DNA of 22,997 bases from IMG/VR virus record IMGVR_UViG_3300042467_002204. One strand, 5' to 3'. Source of the stretch: an uncultured virus (IMG/VR IMGVR_UViG_3300042467_002204). Its lineage: Duplodnaviria; Heunggongvirae; Uroviricota; Caudoviricetes. The notes under the pieces are model-generated. The model was not told where the DNA came from and made no database searches. It saw only the letters and a list, made by a program, of their open reading frames with translations. Shown piece by piece: positions 8,771 through 16,575 of this stretch. Position 1 is the first letter of the stretch; each line of letters begins with the position of its first letter. The translations under genes were made by a program, and so were the position numbers.

Positions 8771-9166
8771 ATGCACAAAAAAATCATTACACTCAGGCAA
8801 CGTGTTGGAAATCTGTGGGTTGCTTTGTTTTATGAACGGATCGGTGAAGATCTTTGGCACGTGGGAATAAATATCAACAAATCCCGCCGAGCACAGTCCG
8901 ATTGGTACAAAAAAAGAAAAAATAAGCGTGCCCGAAGAGCAAATCAGATACCCACGGGGCGAAGCCAGCGTGGTCTAGCTGCCCTCTATCGGATGTTTAA
9001 AGCTACGCATACCAAGTTTCCAACGGGTTCAGCGTTTGTATCTATACCGACGTCTAAAAAACGGGAAGCAATTTCCAAATATATAGAACGTTTAGGTTTC
9101 AGTTATTTTCTTCAGGATGGTGTACCTCTTTGGGTGCTAATAACTCCTCAAAGCTCGGAAGAATAA
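8771..9166 (+). CDS. hypothetical basic protein (weak GNAT-like C-terminus)
   Basis: 131-aa ORF. REAISKYIERLGF resembles the GNAT motif B ending, but no convincing acetyl-CoA-binding motif A is seen. Confidence 0.55.
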   Translation: MHKKIITLRQRVGNLWVALFYERIGEDLWHVGININKSRRAQSDWYKKRKNKRARRANQIPTGRSQRGLAALYRMFKATHTKFPTGSAFVSIPTSKKREAISKYIERLGFSYFLQDGVPLWVLITPQSSEE

Positions 9167-9344
9167 TCTTGTTACTTGCGCACCACGCGGCTAACCGAGC
9201 AAACAAATGACTACGCAAAAGATATTGTTTATGAACACCTTCAAAAATTTGTAAAAGTTCTTCTTTGCTCAGTTTTTTTGCATCCATCATTACTCTCTGA
9301 TGTAAAAATTCTTGTTCTTGTGTCTGCCATTGGAGGTTCAGCAT
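9099..9344 (-). CDS. nblA: NblA-like phycobilisome degradation protein
   Basis: TQEQEFLHQRVMMDAKKLSKEELLQIFEGVHKQYLLRSHLFARL fits the NblA pattern (xEQxF, helix, [ML]S, helix with Q and alternating hydrophobics) in spacing and size. AAAGGA lies 8 nt before the ATG. Confidence 0.72.
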   Translation of the reverse strand: MLNLQWQTQEQEFLHQRVMMDAKKLSKEELLQIFEGVHKQYLLRSHLFARLAAWCASNKIILPSFEELLAPKEVHHPEENN

Positions 9345-9433
9345 AATCTAAGTCCTTTGTGTGACTGGTGTTAAGACCGTGAACTAAACGAGCCGAAAGC
9401 GGCTAAGCTGGACTGGTTTTAATATCACTGCAG

Positions 9434-9979
9434 ATGTCTATGTTTTACAGCATTCCAAAGGGTGTAACCCACACCTTAATAAAACATTCGTATCTGCAGG
9501 GAAAAATATTTGTCCCATACGACCCATTAAATGTACTCTCAGATCAACTAAAGGGACACAATTATCAGGTAACGACAAACACAGATAAAGAAAATTTAAC
9601 CAACCCTATTTGGTGGGTTGGTGAGCGAGACAAAGGTCACGACTGGGTAGTGGCGTCTACTTTAGGTTCAGAACCGGAGAATGACTACATCCTTGAGTAC
9701 GGATTAGAGATAGCTAAATGTGGGATTGCCGTGTTGGATCGGCTGTCCTTCATCGAACCTGTAGCTAAGCGGAGAGACTTCTTACTAAAAAATAAGCTTT
9801 CAAATATGATCGTTTTGTCCCCACGGCCTAAATTTAGAGCCATCGGCTCCAGCCGAGATTCCGTAACTGCTTGTTGGTTTGTGTTCCAGAAGCCAGAACG
9901 ATGGCATGATGGAACCCAAATAACATACGGAATCAATTGGGATCAAGTCGATCCTCTTCCCTCCCTCCAAGATTTATGA
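9434..9979 (+). CDS. phage DNA amino-methyltransferase homolog with SAM-binding and catalytic motifs lost
   Basis: Scaffold FYSIP...GKIFVP...DWVV...GIAVLDRLSFIEP...R...MIVLSPRPKF...DSVTACWFVF matches small phage MTases. The EPxAGxG motif reads VPYDPLN and the NPPF motif reads STLG. Confidence 0.7.
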   Translation: MSMFYSIPKGVTHTLIKHSYLQGKIFVPYDPLNVLSDQLKGHNYQVTTNTDKENLTNPIWWVGERDKGHDWVVASTLGSEPENDYILEYGLEIAKCGIAVLDRLSFIEPVAKRRDFLLKNKLSNMIVLSPRPKFRAIGSSRDSVTACWFVFQKPERWHDGTQITYGINWDQVDPLPSLQDL

Positions 9980-10353
9980 CTTCACCCAATGTCCGACGAC
10001 TCGAAGAGTTCCAAAAGCAGATCGTGGACCAGCTGGCAGCCACCAATGCCAAGCTTGATAAAATCGCTGCCTTACTCCTTTCTAACCAGCTCCTTGAAGA
10101 GTGCATCAGTCCAGACGGAGAAATCAGAACTGCGGAGGAATGCGCAGACATTGTTAGGGAGAGTTTTTGCGCAAGCCTTTGCCTCTCCCAAGAATTGAAC
10201 AGCAATCAAAAAGACTTTCAATACCAAGTTTCCGAGTTCTACCTGGACTCCGATGAAGACGAAGAAGATGAAGACGACGAAGATGAGTATGAGGACGAAG
10301 AAGATGATGACGATGATGACGGCGGTACAGTAAATTACTCGATGTCTTTTTAA
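9976..10353 (+). CDS. hypothetical protein with an N-terminal coiled coil and a very acidic C-terminal tract
   Basis: ATGA overlap with the preceding stop gives start 9976 (MTSPNVRR...). Tail DSDEDEEDEDDEDEYEDEEDDDDDD. Confidence 0.75.
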   Translation: MTSPNVRRLEEFQKQIVDQLAATNAKLDKIAALLLSNQLLEECISPDGEIRTAEECADIVRESFCASLCLSQELNSNQKDFQYQVSEFYLDSDEDEEDEDDEDEYEDEEDDDDDDGGTVNYSMSF

Positions 10354-10378
10354 GTTATTCTTAAAAAAGTAATGTAAT

Positions 10379-11173
10379 ATGCGGGTAAATGACACAACTC
10401 CAGTGTCCCAAACCCGCTTAAGTATTGACGGCAAACGTTATTACAACTGCAACGGTGTTCCTAAACCGTTGCCTTCTGTGACTACTATTCTGTCGTCCAC
10501 ACAGACTGAAGAAACGCGTAAAAAACTTGCTGCCTGGAATCTCTCGAACCCTGGTGCGTTAGAAAAAGCAGCAAGCAGGGGAACATGGATCCACTCGGCG
10601 ACAGAGAATTACATTCGTGGTTTGCGCGTCGAACCACCTTCAGAATATTTACCGTATTGGAAAGACGTACCTGAAGCTCTCGATGACCTCCTTAAGAACG
10701 GTAAGGTTCTGTGGAGCGAGTCGCCGTTCAACCAACCGCAGTGGCACAAGTATGTAGGTGACGATGGTGTGGGTCGCCTGCACTACTACGACGATAAAAC
10801 AGAACAAGGTTACGCAGGGTGTCCAGACTTAATTTATAAAGACGAAAACAACGAAGTAGTTTTAGCAGACTTTAAAACAAGCACATCACCTTATTCTTTA
10901 AAGTTTCCCAAAGCTAATTCGGGAATCCCAGACAACGTACGAAAAGCTCTGATCTCTGGTGTATTTAAGGCCAAGAAAACAATGCTGCAGATGGCGGCAT
11001 ACTCCTTAGCAGCAGAGAAATGTCTTGGCGTTCATGTGGACAAAACGAGAATTATTGTGTCCACACCGCTGCCTGATTACAGCGTACAGGTGTTTTCTTT
11101 CAGCCGAAAAGAGCTCGAAAAACACATGGAAATGTGGTTGCAAGTTCTCCGACAATTTTACGAAAACGCCTGA
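10379..11173 (+). CDS. PD-(D/E)XK exonuclease (RecB-like)
   Basis: LPSVTTILS, RGTWIH, YAGCPD, LADFKTS, QMAAY motifs. The true start may be the in-frame GTG at 10403, since TAATAT at 10375-10380 overlaps the ATG. Confidence 0.85.
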   Translation: MRVNDTTPVSQTRLSIDGKRYYNCNGVPKPLPSVTTILSSTQTEETRKKLAAWNLSNPGALEKAASRGTWIHSATENYIRGLRVEPPSEYLPYWKDVPEALDDLLKNGKVLWSESPFNQPQWHKYVGDDGVGRLHYYDDKTEQGYAGCPDLIYKDENNEVVLADFKTSTSPYSLKFPKANSGIPDNVRKALISGVFKAKKTMLQMAAYSLAAEKCLGVHVDKTRIIVSTPLPDYSVQVFSFSRKELEKHMEMWLQVLRQFYENA

Positions 11174-11263
11174 AGAACTTACAAAAAGCAAGCCAGAATT
11201 TAAGTTTTTCCTAGGCTGCGCCTGGGTTCCGCCCGTGCCAGAATGGCCAGACGACAGTGAGCC

Positions 11264-14002
11264 ATGAACTATTTCTTTAGTCACAACGCAGAGGTAAAAA
11301 AATATATTGATCCTCGTGTAGGTAAATTAAAAACCGGTGGTAATTACGCGGCGTTTAATGATAACTGGGAAGCTTGGGAAGGTACTATTTACGATGTCGA
11401 AGACTTTGTGTCTCTTGGAGAAGGTTTATGTGCGTGGCATTTAGTAAATGGTAAACGAACAAAAAATGAAACGGGGTGTATACAAGCTGGCTTAATTATC
11501 ATCGATGTAGATAATCAAGCAGATGGCAAAGATGCTAACGGTAATAAAATACAAAAGCAGGAATTAGATGTAGCGGGTATAAACAACCTAGAGATATGTA
11601 AAAAATATTTAAGTCTCGCTTATTATTCGCCGAGTCACACAGAGGAGTGGCCTCGATTCAGGTTGGTATTTGGTTTAGAAAAACCGATCATTGATACGCA
11701 GTTCTACCAATGGTTTACAAGGCAGATTGCGCAGCAAATACCTGGAGCTGACGTCAGGGCCACGCAGGTCCCAAACTTGTTTTACGGGTGTAAAAACAAG
11801 GGCGACATCATATGCGTAACAAATAAATTCATACCCTCAAATAAAATCGATGAAGGTTTTCGGGCGTTTGTAACGATCCCAAAATCAGAAGAGTCACTGA
11901 GCGATCCGCAGAAAGCGCTGGAACTCGACGTTGATCCCGAGGGCATCCCGCTAACAAAGCTTTTGAGTCGATCTGTTCAAGGCATCCTCGACGGGGAAGC
12001 GGTTGATGATAGATCCTCGACGATGGCTATGGCCTTCAAAGAGATCATCGGGTGGGCGAACTGGGTCCGGCAAAACAACGTGCCCGTAAGCACGGCACCC
12101 CTTGACGTAGCGAACCGAGTGTTCTATGCTATTTACGAGTACAGCTCCGAACTGGATGGCAAGTTTTCTAGAATTTTAAATAGTATTACATCTGCTGATA
12201 CGCTTGAACCTGCAATTGTCTTGAGTTCAGACGAAAAAGAATTAGCAGCTTGGAAGAAAGTCAAAGCAAACAACCGACAAGTTTTTGAAAGCGTCTGCCC
12301 AGAAAACGTCAGGCAACAACTTAAAAACAACAAACCAAAACCAAAAAATTCAATCTTAACTTTTGACGATTCGTCGTTTGAGTTAGATACCCCGTCGACA
12401 CCAAATCAAATGTCAAATCAAACCCCAAACACACCGAGCCAGCTTATACAGCTGCAGACTAATAACAAGCAGTTTAGTGAAAACGATATTGCAGATATTA
12501 TTGTAAACAACTATGGAGACGATTTTTTATTCGATTCTAGTCTGGACGAGTTCTTCACATACGATGAAGACGAAGGAGTGTGGTTTATAAACGACGAACA
12601 TCACATTAAAAGACGCGTTGTAAAAACCCTTGATACATTCGTAAAGGCTGGAGTTCTTCCTAAGTACAGCTCGGCCACGGTCAACTCGGTCTTCCAGATC
12701 CTGAAAGCGAAGCTGCTGCGGTCAGCACGTGGAGGAAGGGCATCGATCTGGCAAGCCTCCCGTGGTCTCATCCCGTTTAAAAATGGTGTCCTGGACGCAA
12801 AGACGCTGCAGTTTGACCCAGGCAACAAGCGCGAGCTGTATTTCCAGACCAAACTTCAGTTCGATTACGACCTCTCAAGCAAGTGCCCTAAGTTTCTGAC
12901 TTGGCTCGAATGGGCAGTTGGCAAAGATAAAGTCATACTTATTCGGGCTTTCTGCCGTGCTGTTCTTACTGGATACACAACGGGCGAACGCTTTTTGCAC
13001 CTCATCGGTCCGGGCGGATCGGGTAAGTCGACGCTGCAGCAGATCTTGATTGCGCTCGCCGGATACACAGGCACGCATACAAGCGATCTTGAAACAATTG
13101 AAACCAACCGATTTGAGTGCCATAGTTTGATCGGCAAACGACTCCTGCTGCTGACTGACGAAGCGTCGTTCAGTAAGCGACTGGATACCCTTAAAAAACT
13201 TACATCCTCCAGCGACACCCTCCGTGCTGAGCGTAAGTACGGTACGCAAGTTATAAATTTCAAACCAGAACTTCTGGTGTCGATCGCGAGTAACGAGCAC
13301 ATTAGCTCCAGCGACATCAGTAGCGGTCTGGAGCGCCGAAGGCTAACGATAGTTATGGATAAGGTTGTTAACCCTTCAAACAGGCGCAACCTGATCAGCG
13401 TGTTTAACGATCACATCGAAGGCGAGTTTGCGGAGGAGTTGTCGGGTATTGCCACGTGGCTCCTGCAGATGGATTTCGCAGAAATGCGGGATGTGTTGGC
13501 CAACCCGGTCAAGTATTGCAGTGATCTAAACGAGTCCAACCTTGATGCGCTGGTGTTCAACAACCCGATCTGCGCTTGGTTGGCTGACTGCACACTGTAC
13601 GCTCCGAACAGCTACGCAGTTCTTGGGGGTGGTGCATTCCGACCAACGGTCGATGAATCTGAAAAAGGCTTCTACGTCAAGAATGCGTACTCAGAACTGT
13701 ACGCATCGTACGTTAACTACTGCAAATCAAACGGATACAAGCACAGCGCGAAACCTCGTTTCGTTGACCGTCTTAAAGAAACCGTAACCAACGTTGTAAA
13801 GATCCCCGGCATCACACCGAAGTACATCAACGGAAAAGCAATCGTCACGGGACTTCGACTCAAACCTTTCGATCCCACGACGGATCGAGCTTCGATAGGA
13901 AAAAATAGGCTACCCTCTCCAATAGACTGGGCTGCAAACCCAGACATCTGGCAATCCGCCTTCGCGGAACACGACCCACAAAAACCACAATCAGATGAAT
14001 GA
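11264..14002 (+). CDS. primase-helicase: N-terminal AEP/PrimPol-like domain + D5_N + SF3 (D5/P4-type) helicase
   Basis: IIIDVDN (DxD), YYSPSH...PRFRLVF, D...LFYG in the N-terminus; IPFKNGVLD (D5_N); Walker A GPGGSGKST, Walker B LLLTDE, motif C IASN, GLERR. Confidence 0.9.
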   Translation: MNYFFSHNAEVKKYIDPRVGKLKTGGNYAAFNDNWEAWEGTIYDVEDFVSLGEGLCAWHLVNGKRTKNETGCIQAGLIIIDVDNQADGKDANGNKIQKQELDVAGINNLEICKKYLSLAYYSPSHTEEWPRFRLVFGLEKPIIDTQFYQWFTRQIAQQIPGADVRATQVPNLFYGCKNKGDIICVTNKFIPSNKIDEGFRAFVTIPKSEESLSDPQKALELDVDPEGIPLTKLLSRSVQGILDGEAVDDRSSTMAMAFKEIIGWANWVRQNNVPVSTAPLDVANRVFYAIYEYSSELDGKFSRILNSITSADTLEPAIVLSSDEKELAAWKKVKANNRQVFESVCPENVRQQLKNNKPKPKNSILTFDDSSFELDTPSTPNQMSNQTPNTPSQLIQLQTNNKQFSENDIADIIVNNYGDDFLFDSSLDEFFTYDEDEGVWFINDEHHIKRRVVKTLDTFVKAGVLPKYSSATVNSVFQILKAKLLRSARGGRASIWQASRGLIPFKNGVLDAKTLQFDPGNKRELYFQTKLQFDYDLSSKCPKFLTWLEWAVGKDKVILIRAFCRAVLTGYTTGERFLHLIGPGGSGKSTLQQILIALAGYTGTHTSDLETIETNRFECHSLIGKRLLLLTDEASFSKRLDTLKKLTSSSDTLRAERKYGTQVINFKPELLVSIASNEHISSSDISSGLERRRLTIVMDKVVNPSNRRNLISVFNDHIEGEFAEELSGIATWLLQMDFAEMRDVLANPVKYCSDLNESNLDALVFNNPICAWLADCTLYAPNSYAVLGGGAFRPTVDESEKGFYVKNAYSELYASYVNYCKSNGYKHSAKPRFVDRLKETVTNVVKIPGITPKYINGKAIVTGLRLKPFDPTTDRASIGKNRLPSPIDWAANPDIWQSAFAEHDPQKPQSDE
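12102..12130 (+). promoter_or_regulatory. possible internal sigma70 promoter within the primase-helicase gene
   Basis: TTGACG (12102-12107), 17-nt spacer, TATGCT (12125-12130). Confidence 0.4.
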
Positions 14003-14588
14003 CCTTCTAAAAAACTCGCTGGTAGCTGCGGCGGGAGTCGCAGTGGTCAGCACCGCTGCGATTGCAACCAATTCAATTTCAAGTGCTGTAGCAGCAATCG
14101 GTGGCGCTACGTTCGGAACACTGTGCATCCGTTCCGAAGAAAATAAAAAAGCTCGTAAACGCGAGGAAGCTATTCGTGTAGCTACAGCTTTTAAAAGTTT
14201 TTACGAGCGCAACAAAGGGGTGATCGTTCCCGAAGAAATCAGTTTCTTTGCTGACATCGATCTGCCCACGGCGACTGTGTTCCTCGATGCGCTTGCAGAA
14301 TCGCAAAACGGACAGAAGTTAAGCGTAAACAACACCGTTGCGTATGCCTTCCCGCATACAGAAAACGTGTTGGATACACTTACGAAAAATTCACAAGCGT
14401 GGGTTGAATCTAGAACCCAACCTGTTTTGGCTGAGAATCAAGCCCTGAAACAGCAGATGATGATGATCCAAGCACAAATGCAGGCCCAGGCTATGGCTAA
14501 GCAGCAAATGCCTGCATACACACCAGAGCCCCAGGTTGTTCAACAAACAACTTCAACAGATGTTGACCCCTGGAAAAATCTGCTATAG
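13995..14588 (+). CDS. membrane-anchored hypothetical protein
   Basis: Two N-terminal Ala/Val/Gly-rich hydrophobic segments, a central small helical/wHTH-like domain (FYERNKGVI...FLDALAE...YAFP) and a Q/M-rich coiled C-terminus. Confidence 0.75.
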   Translation: MNDLLKNSLVAAAGVAVVSTAAIATNSISSAVAAIGGATFGTLCIRSEENKKARKREEAIRVATAFKSFYERNKGVIVPEEISFFADIDLPTATVFLDALAESQNGQKLSVNNTVAYAFPHTENVLDTLTKNSQAWVESRTQPVLAENQALKQQMMMIQAQMQAQAMAKQQMPAYTPEPQVVQQTTSTDVDPWKNLL

Positions 14589-14596
14589 TTAGGAAT

Positions 14597-14638
14597 GCGC
14601 CAGGAAAGATCCCCCCATGAAGGGGATCGTACAGGTGT
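14597..14638 (+). other. stem-loop between convergent genes
   Basis: GATCCCC-CCATGAA-GGGGATC core (14608-14628), extended by GCGCC/GGTGT pairing across an internal loop; no clear U tract. Confidence 0.55.
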
Positions 14639-15357
14639 CACATCGAGTCGATGAATTGCCAGCCTCTTAACCCGAGGCTGGCATCATTTTTTGATGCCTC
14701 AATTACCGCTTCGATCACAGAAGGAAGCAGGGCTTGCAGACGCTGCCCAATCTGATTCGAAATGTGTTTGTGTTCCTTCTGTGTTCCCGGTGCTGAACGG
14801 ACACCAACGAAGAACAACCAGTTCCGCAATGTGCCTTGCATATGAAGACGCGTAGGCACGCACAGCGGAAGAATATTTCGAGCGCACTCCCTAGCCACGC
14901 CGGACTCAACCATGTCGGTGTAGAGCTCGGAGCACAGAGCATACGCGTGGCGGATACGGTCGCGGAACTCTTCTTCGATCAGCTCGTTTTCATACTCGAT
15001 ACTGTTCTGCCGATTTTTAGAATCCTGAGCTCGGAGTTCAAACTCCGGAGCCATATTGGAAAGCTCAGCTAAAACATCTAAAGGATTGCAGTATCGCTGG
15101 CTAGCTTCTTGAAACGAGAAAGAACGGTGACGAAGAATCTGCGGGGAGATACTCCGCGAGGTATAAATTTCAAATGAAGCGCACACTTGCTCGAAGACAC
15201 TAACGTGCCCCTCGCGAATGCAGTGTGTTAAAAGTTTTATATACTCTTCTCGGTCAGGATTCTTCGTCGACACACGGGCGTGCTTAGCCAGAACACGCTC
15301 CGGATTGTCCGTAATCCAATCGAGCTTGACTTTGTGAAGTTCCTTAAGAAGCGGCAC
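14638..15357 (-). CDS. thyX: flavin-dependent thymidylate synthase ThyX
   Basis: GHVSVFE, QILRHRSFSFQEASQRY (RHRxxSxxxxSxR), ECARNILP, TLRNW, TQKEH. Start set at GTG 15357 because two small upstream ORFs occupy the track's N-terminal extension. Confidence 0.95.
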   Translation of the reverse strand: MPLLKELHKVKLDWITDNPERVLAKHARVSTKNPDREEYIKLLTHCIREGHVSVFEQVCASFEIYTSRSISPQILRHRSFSFQEASQRYCNPLDVLAELSNMAPEFELRAQDSKNRQNSIEYENELIEEEFRDRIRHAYALCSELYTDMVESGVARECARNILPLCVPTRLHMQGTLRNWLFFVGVRSAPGTQKEHKHISNQIGQRLQALLPSVIEAVIEASKNDASLGLRGWQFIDSM

Positions 15358-15508
15358 TGGTGTTCTGGGCTTTCTTACCCGGAACGATAGCATCAGTGAT
15401 CCGCTCGACAAGGCCGGGATTCTGCTTCGCCACAGCGCCTGCAAACCTGCCGGAGGTCGGCTTCATCTGAGACGGATCCATGTAGATCTGTGGGCCTGCG
15501 AATCGCAT
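15344..15508 (-). CDS. small hypothetical protein (54 aa), not in the ORF track
   Basis: MRFAGPQIYMDPSQMKPTSGRFAGAVAKQNPGLVERITDAIVPGKKAQNTSAAS*. Starts 2 nt after the previous stop and overlaps the thyX start. Confidence 0.65.
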   Translation of the reverse strand: MRFAGPQIYMDPSQMKPTSGRFAGAVAKQNPGLVERITDAIVPGKKAQNTSAAS

Positions 15509-15510
15509 GA

Positions 15511-15642
15511 TTAGGTACGAGGGAAGGTTTGCTGATACCGAAGTCTAGCTGTGACTTCAGACGGAGTTAAACCAGGCAAACGGACGGCTTCTAGACCTAA
15601 CCGCTGACCAGCTAACCGAATAGGAAAATCTGTGTCCCTCAT
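15511..15642 (-). CDS. small hypothetical protein (43 aa), not in the ORF track
   Basis: MRDTDFPIRLAGQRLGLEAVRLPGLTPSEVTARLRYQQTFPRT*. ATGA overlap with the stop of 15639..16136. Confidence 0.65.
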   Translation of the reverse strand: MRDTDFPIRLAGQRLGLEAVRLPGLTPSEVTARLRYQQTFPRT

Positions 15643-16136
15643 TTAATTTTACCCATTTTTTGTTTGGATAAAGCTAACAAGTTATTCATCATGTTATGAG
15701 TCAGCAGAGGATAATCAGACGTAGCAAGCGGAGTCTTTACAAAGTTCTGCTGAGCCGGACCGGTTTGCTGACGAAGATTCATCCTGTTTGCGGGATTCGC
15801 TTCGATAAGAGACGCCATGTACTGAGCCTGAGACATATCGTCAGGGCTCTCAGGAAGGGGAATGTTCCGCTGGTTGTAACCGGGAGCACCAGTTAACTGA
15901 GTGGATTTTTTGATGTTCCCCTCGCCGTACTCGACTGGCGGGATCGGGGGGCGACTATAAGTTCCGCGATCAACGGCAATCTGAGTCGCCACGCGATTCG
16001 TGTTATCGAGCTGAGTAACGCGGCGGAGACCGAGCTGGGGCTCGACGTTGTACCCGATCAGACCAGGGGGCAGCGACAGTCCCGCCCGCGCTTCAGGGGC
16101 TTTTCCGGTGATGTCTGAACGGGGAACGATAGCCAC
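15639..16136 (-). CDS. hypothetical Pro/Gln/Asn-rich protein
   Basis: 165-aa ORF whose GTG start overlaps the HNH stop; likely largely disordered. Confidence 0.7.
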   Translation of the reverse strand: MAIVPRSDITGKAPEARAGLSLPPGLIGYNVEPQLGLRRVTQLDNTNRVATQIAVDRGTYSRPPIPPVEYGEGNIKKSTQLTGAPGYNQRNIPLPESPDDMSQAQYMASLIEANPANRMNLRQQTGPAQQNFVKTPLATSDYPLLTHNMMNNLLALSKQKMGKIK

Positions 16137-16360
16137 TACTTGTCGCCTCTGTTGGCACTTCTAGATCTAATTCTAAGATTATCTGAGCTGTTATCTAGCG
16201 GATTTCCATTTTTATGATCAACATCTTTCCCGTCGTGTTTCTGCGCACGACCTTCGGCTTCTAAACGCCTACGAGCTTTGTTCCTAGCAGCACGACGCTT
16301 TTTCTGTTCGTCTGTACCGTGGTAGGACTCGTATTCTTCTTTGTAGTTTCTATCGCTCAT
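16136..16360 (-). CDS. small HNH endonuclease-family protein
   Basis: RNYKEEY...RAARNKARR...DGKDVDHKNGNPLDNSSDNLR...NR: DH...N...NL...N pattern of small phage HNH proteins. Confidence 0.8.
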   Translation of the reverse strand: MSDRNYKEEYESYHGTDEQKKRRAARNKARRRLEAEGRAQKHDGKDVDHKNGNPLDNSSDNLRIRSRSANRGDK

Positions 16361-16572
16361 TATTTATACTCCTTCAACTCGATATTTTGCTCCAAAATTT
16401 GATCCCTAAAAGATAAAGCTAAACTTTCTTTATATAGAGTCCACAAACCGGTGTACAGACCATCTGTACAACCAAAAAAATCGTATAAGTAATCCAAAAA
16501 TTTAGTGCGAGCTTCTTGCTCCGCCAGTTCCCAACTAATAAGAACGTTGTCGATAGAATCCCTAGAAGTCAT
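16360..16572 (-). CDS. hypothetical protein
   Basis: 70-aa ORF with a TAATG overlap with the HNH gene; FLDYLYDFFG...GLYTGLW. Confidence 0.65.
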   Translation of the reverse strand: MTSRDSIDNVLISWELAEQEARTKFLDYLYDFFGCTDGLYTGLWTLYKESLALSFRDQILEQNIELKEYK

Positions 16573-16575
16573 GAC

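Noticed and set aside
8771..9166. Firm acetyltransferase call
   Set aside because: Only a YIERLGF-like ending is present; no convincing acetyl-CoA-binding motif.
9391..9404. AGCCG-AAAG-CGGCT hairpin and two GACTGGT direct repeats in the nblA/MTase divergent gap
   Set aside because: The stem is only 5 bp with no U tract and the repeats are 7 nt; too weak to call.
10245..10320. GAY/GAR trinucleotide-like repeat
   Set aside because: It encodes the Asp/Glu tract with mixed codons; not a microsatellite or CRISPR array.
11174..11263. Three GCCAGA repeats and a small hairpin before the primase gene as a replication origin
   Set aside because: The repeats are short and irregularly spaced, with no clear iteron array or unwinding element.
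559..13947. Many minus-strand and alternative-frame ORFs in the track (e.g. 559..804, 2576..2968, 4612..5097, 8038..8499, 12865..13389)
   Set aside because: They lie within longer, motif-supported + strand genes and have shadow-frame composition. Only 9099..9344 was kept.
15358..15444. N-terminal extension of ThyX in the ORF track
   Set aside because: The region is better explained by the 54-aa ORF 15344..15508; ThyX-like sequence begins near GTG 15357.
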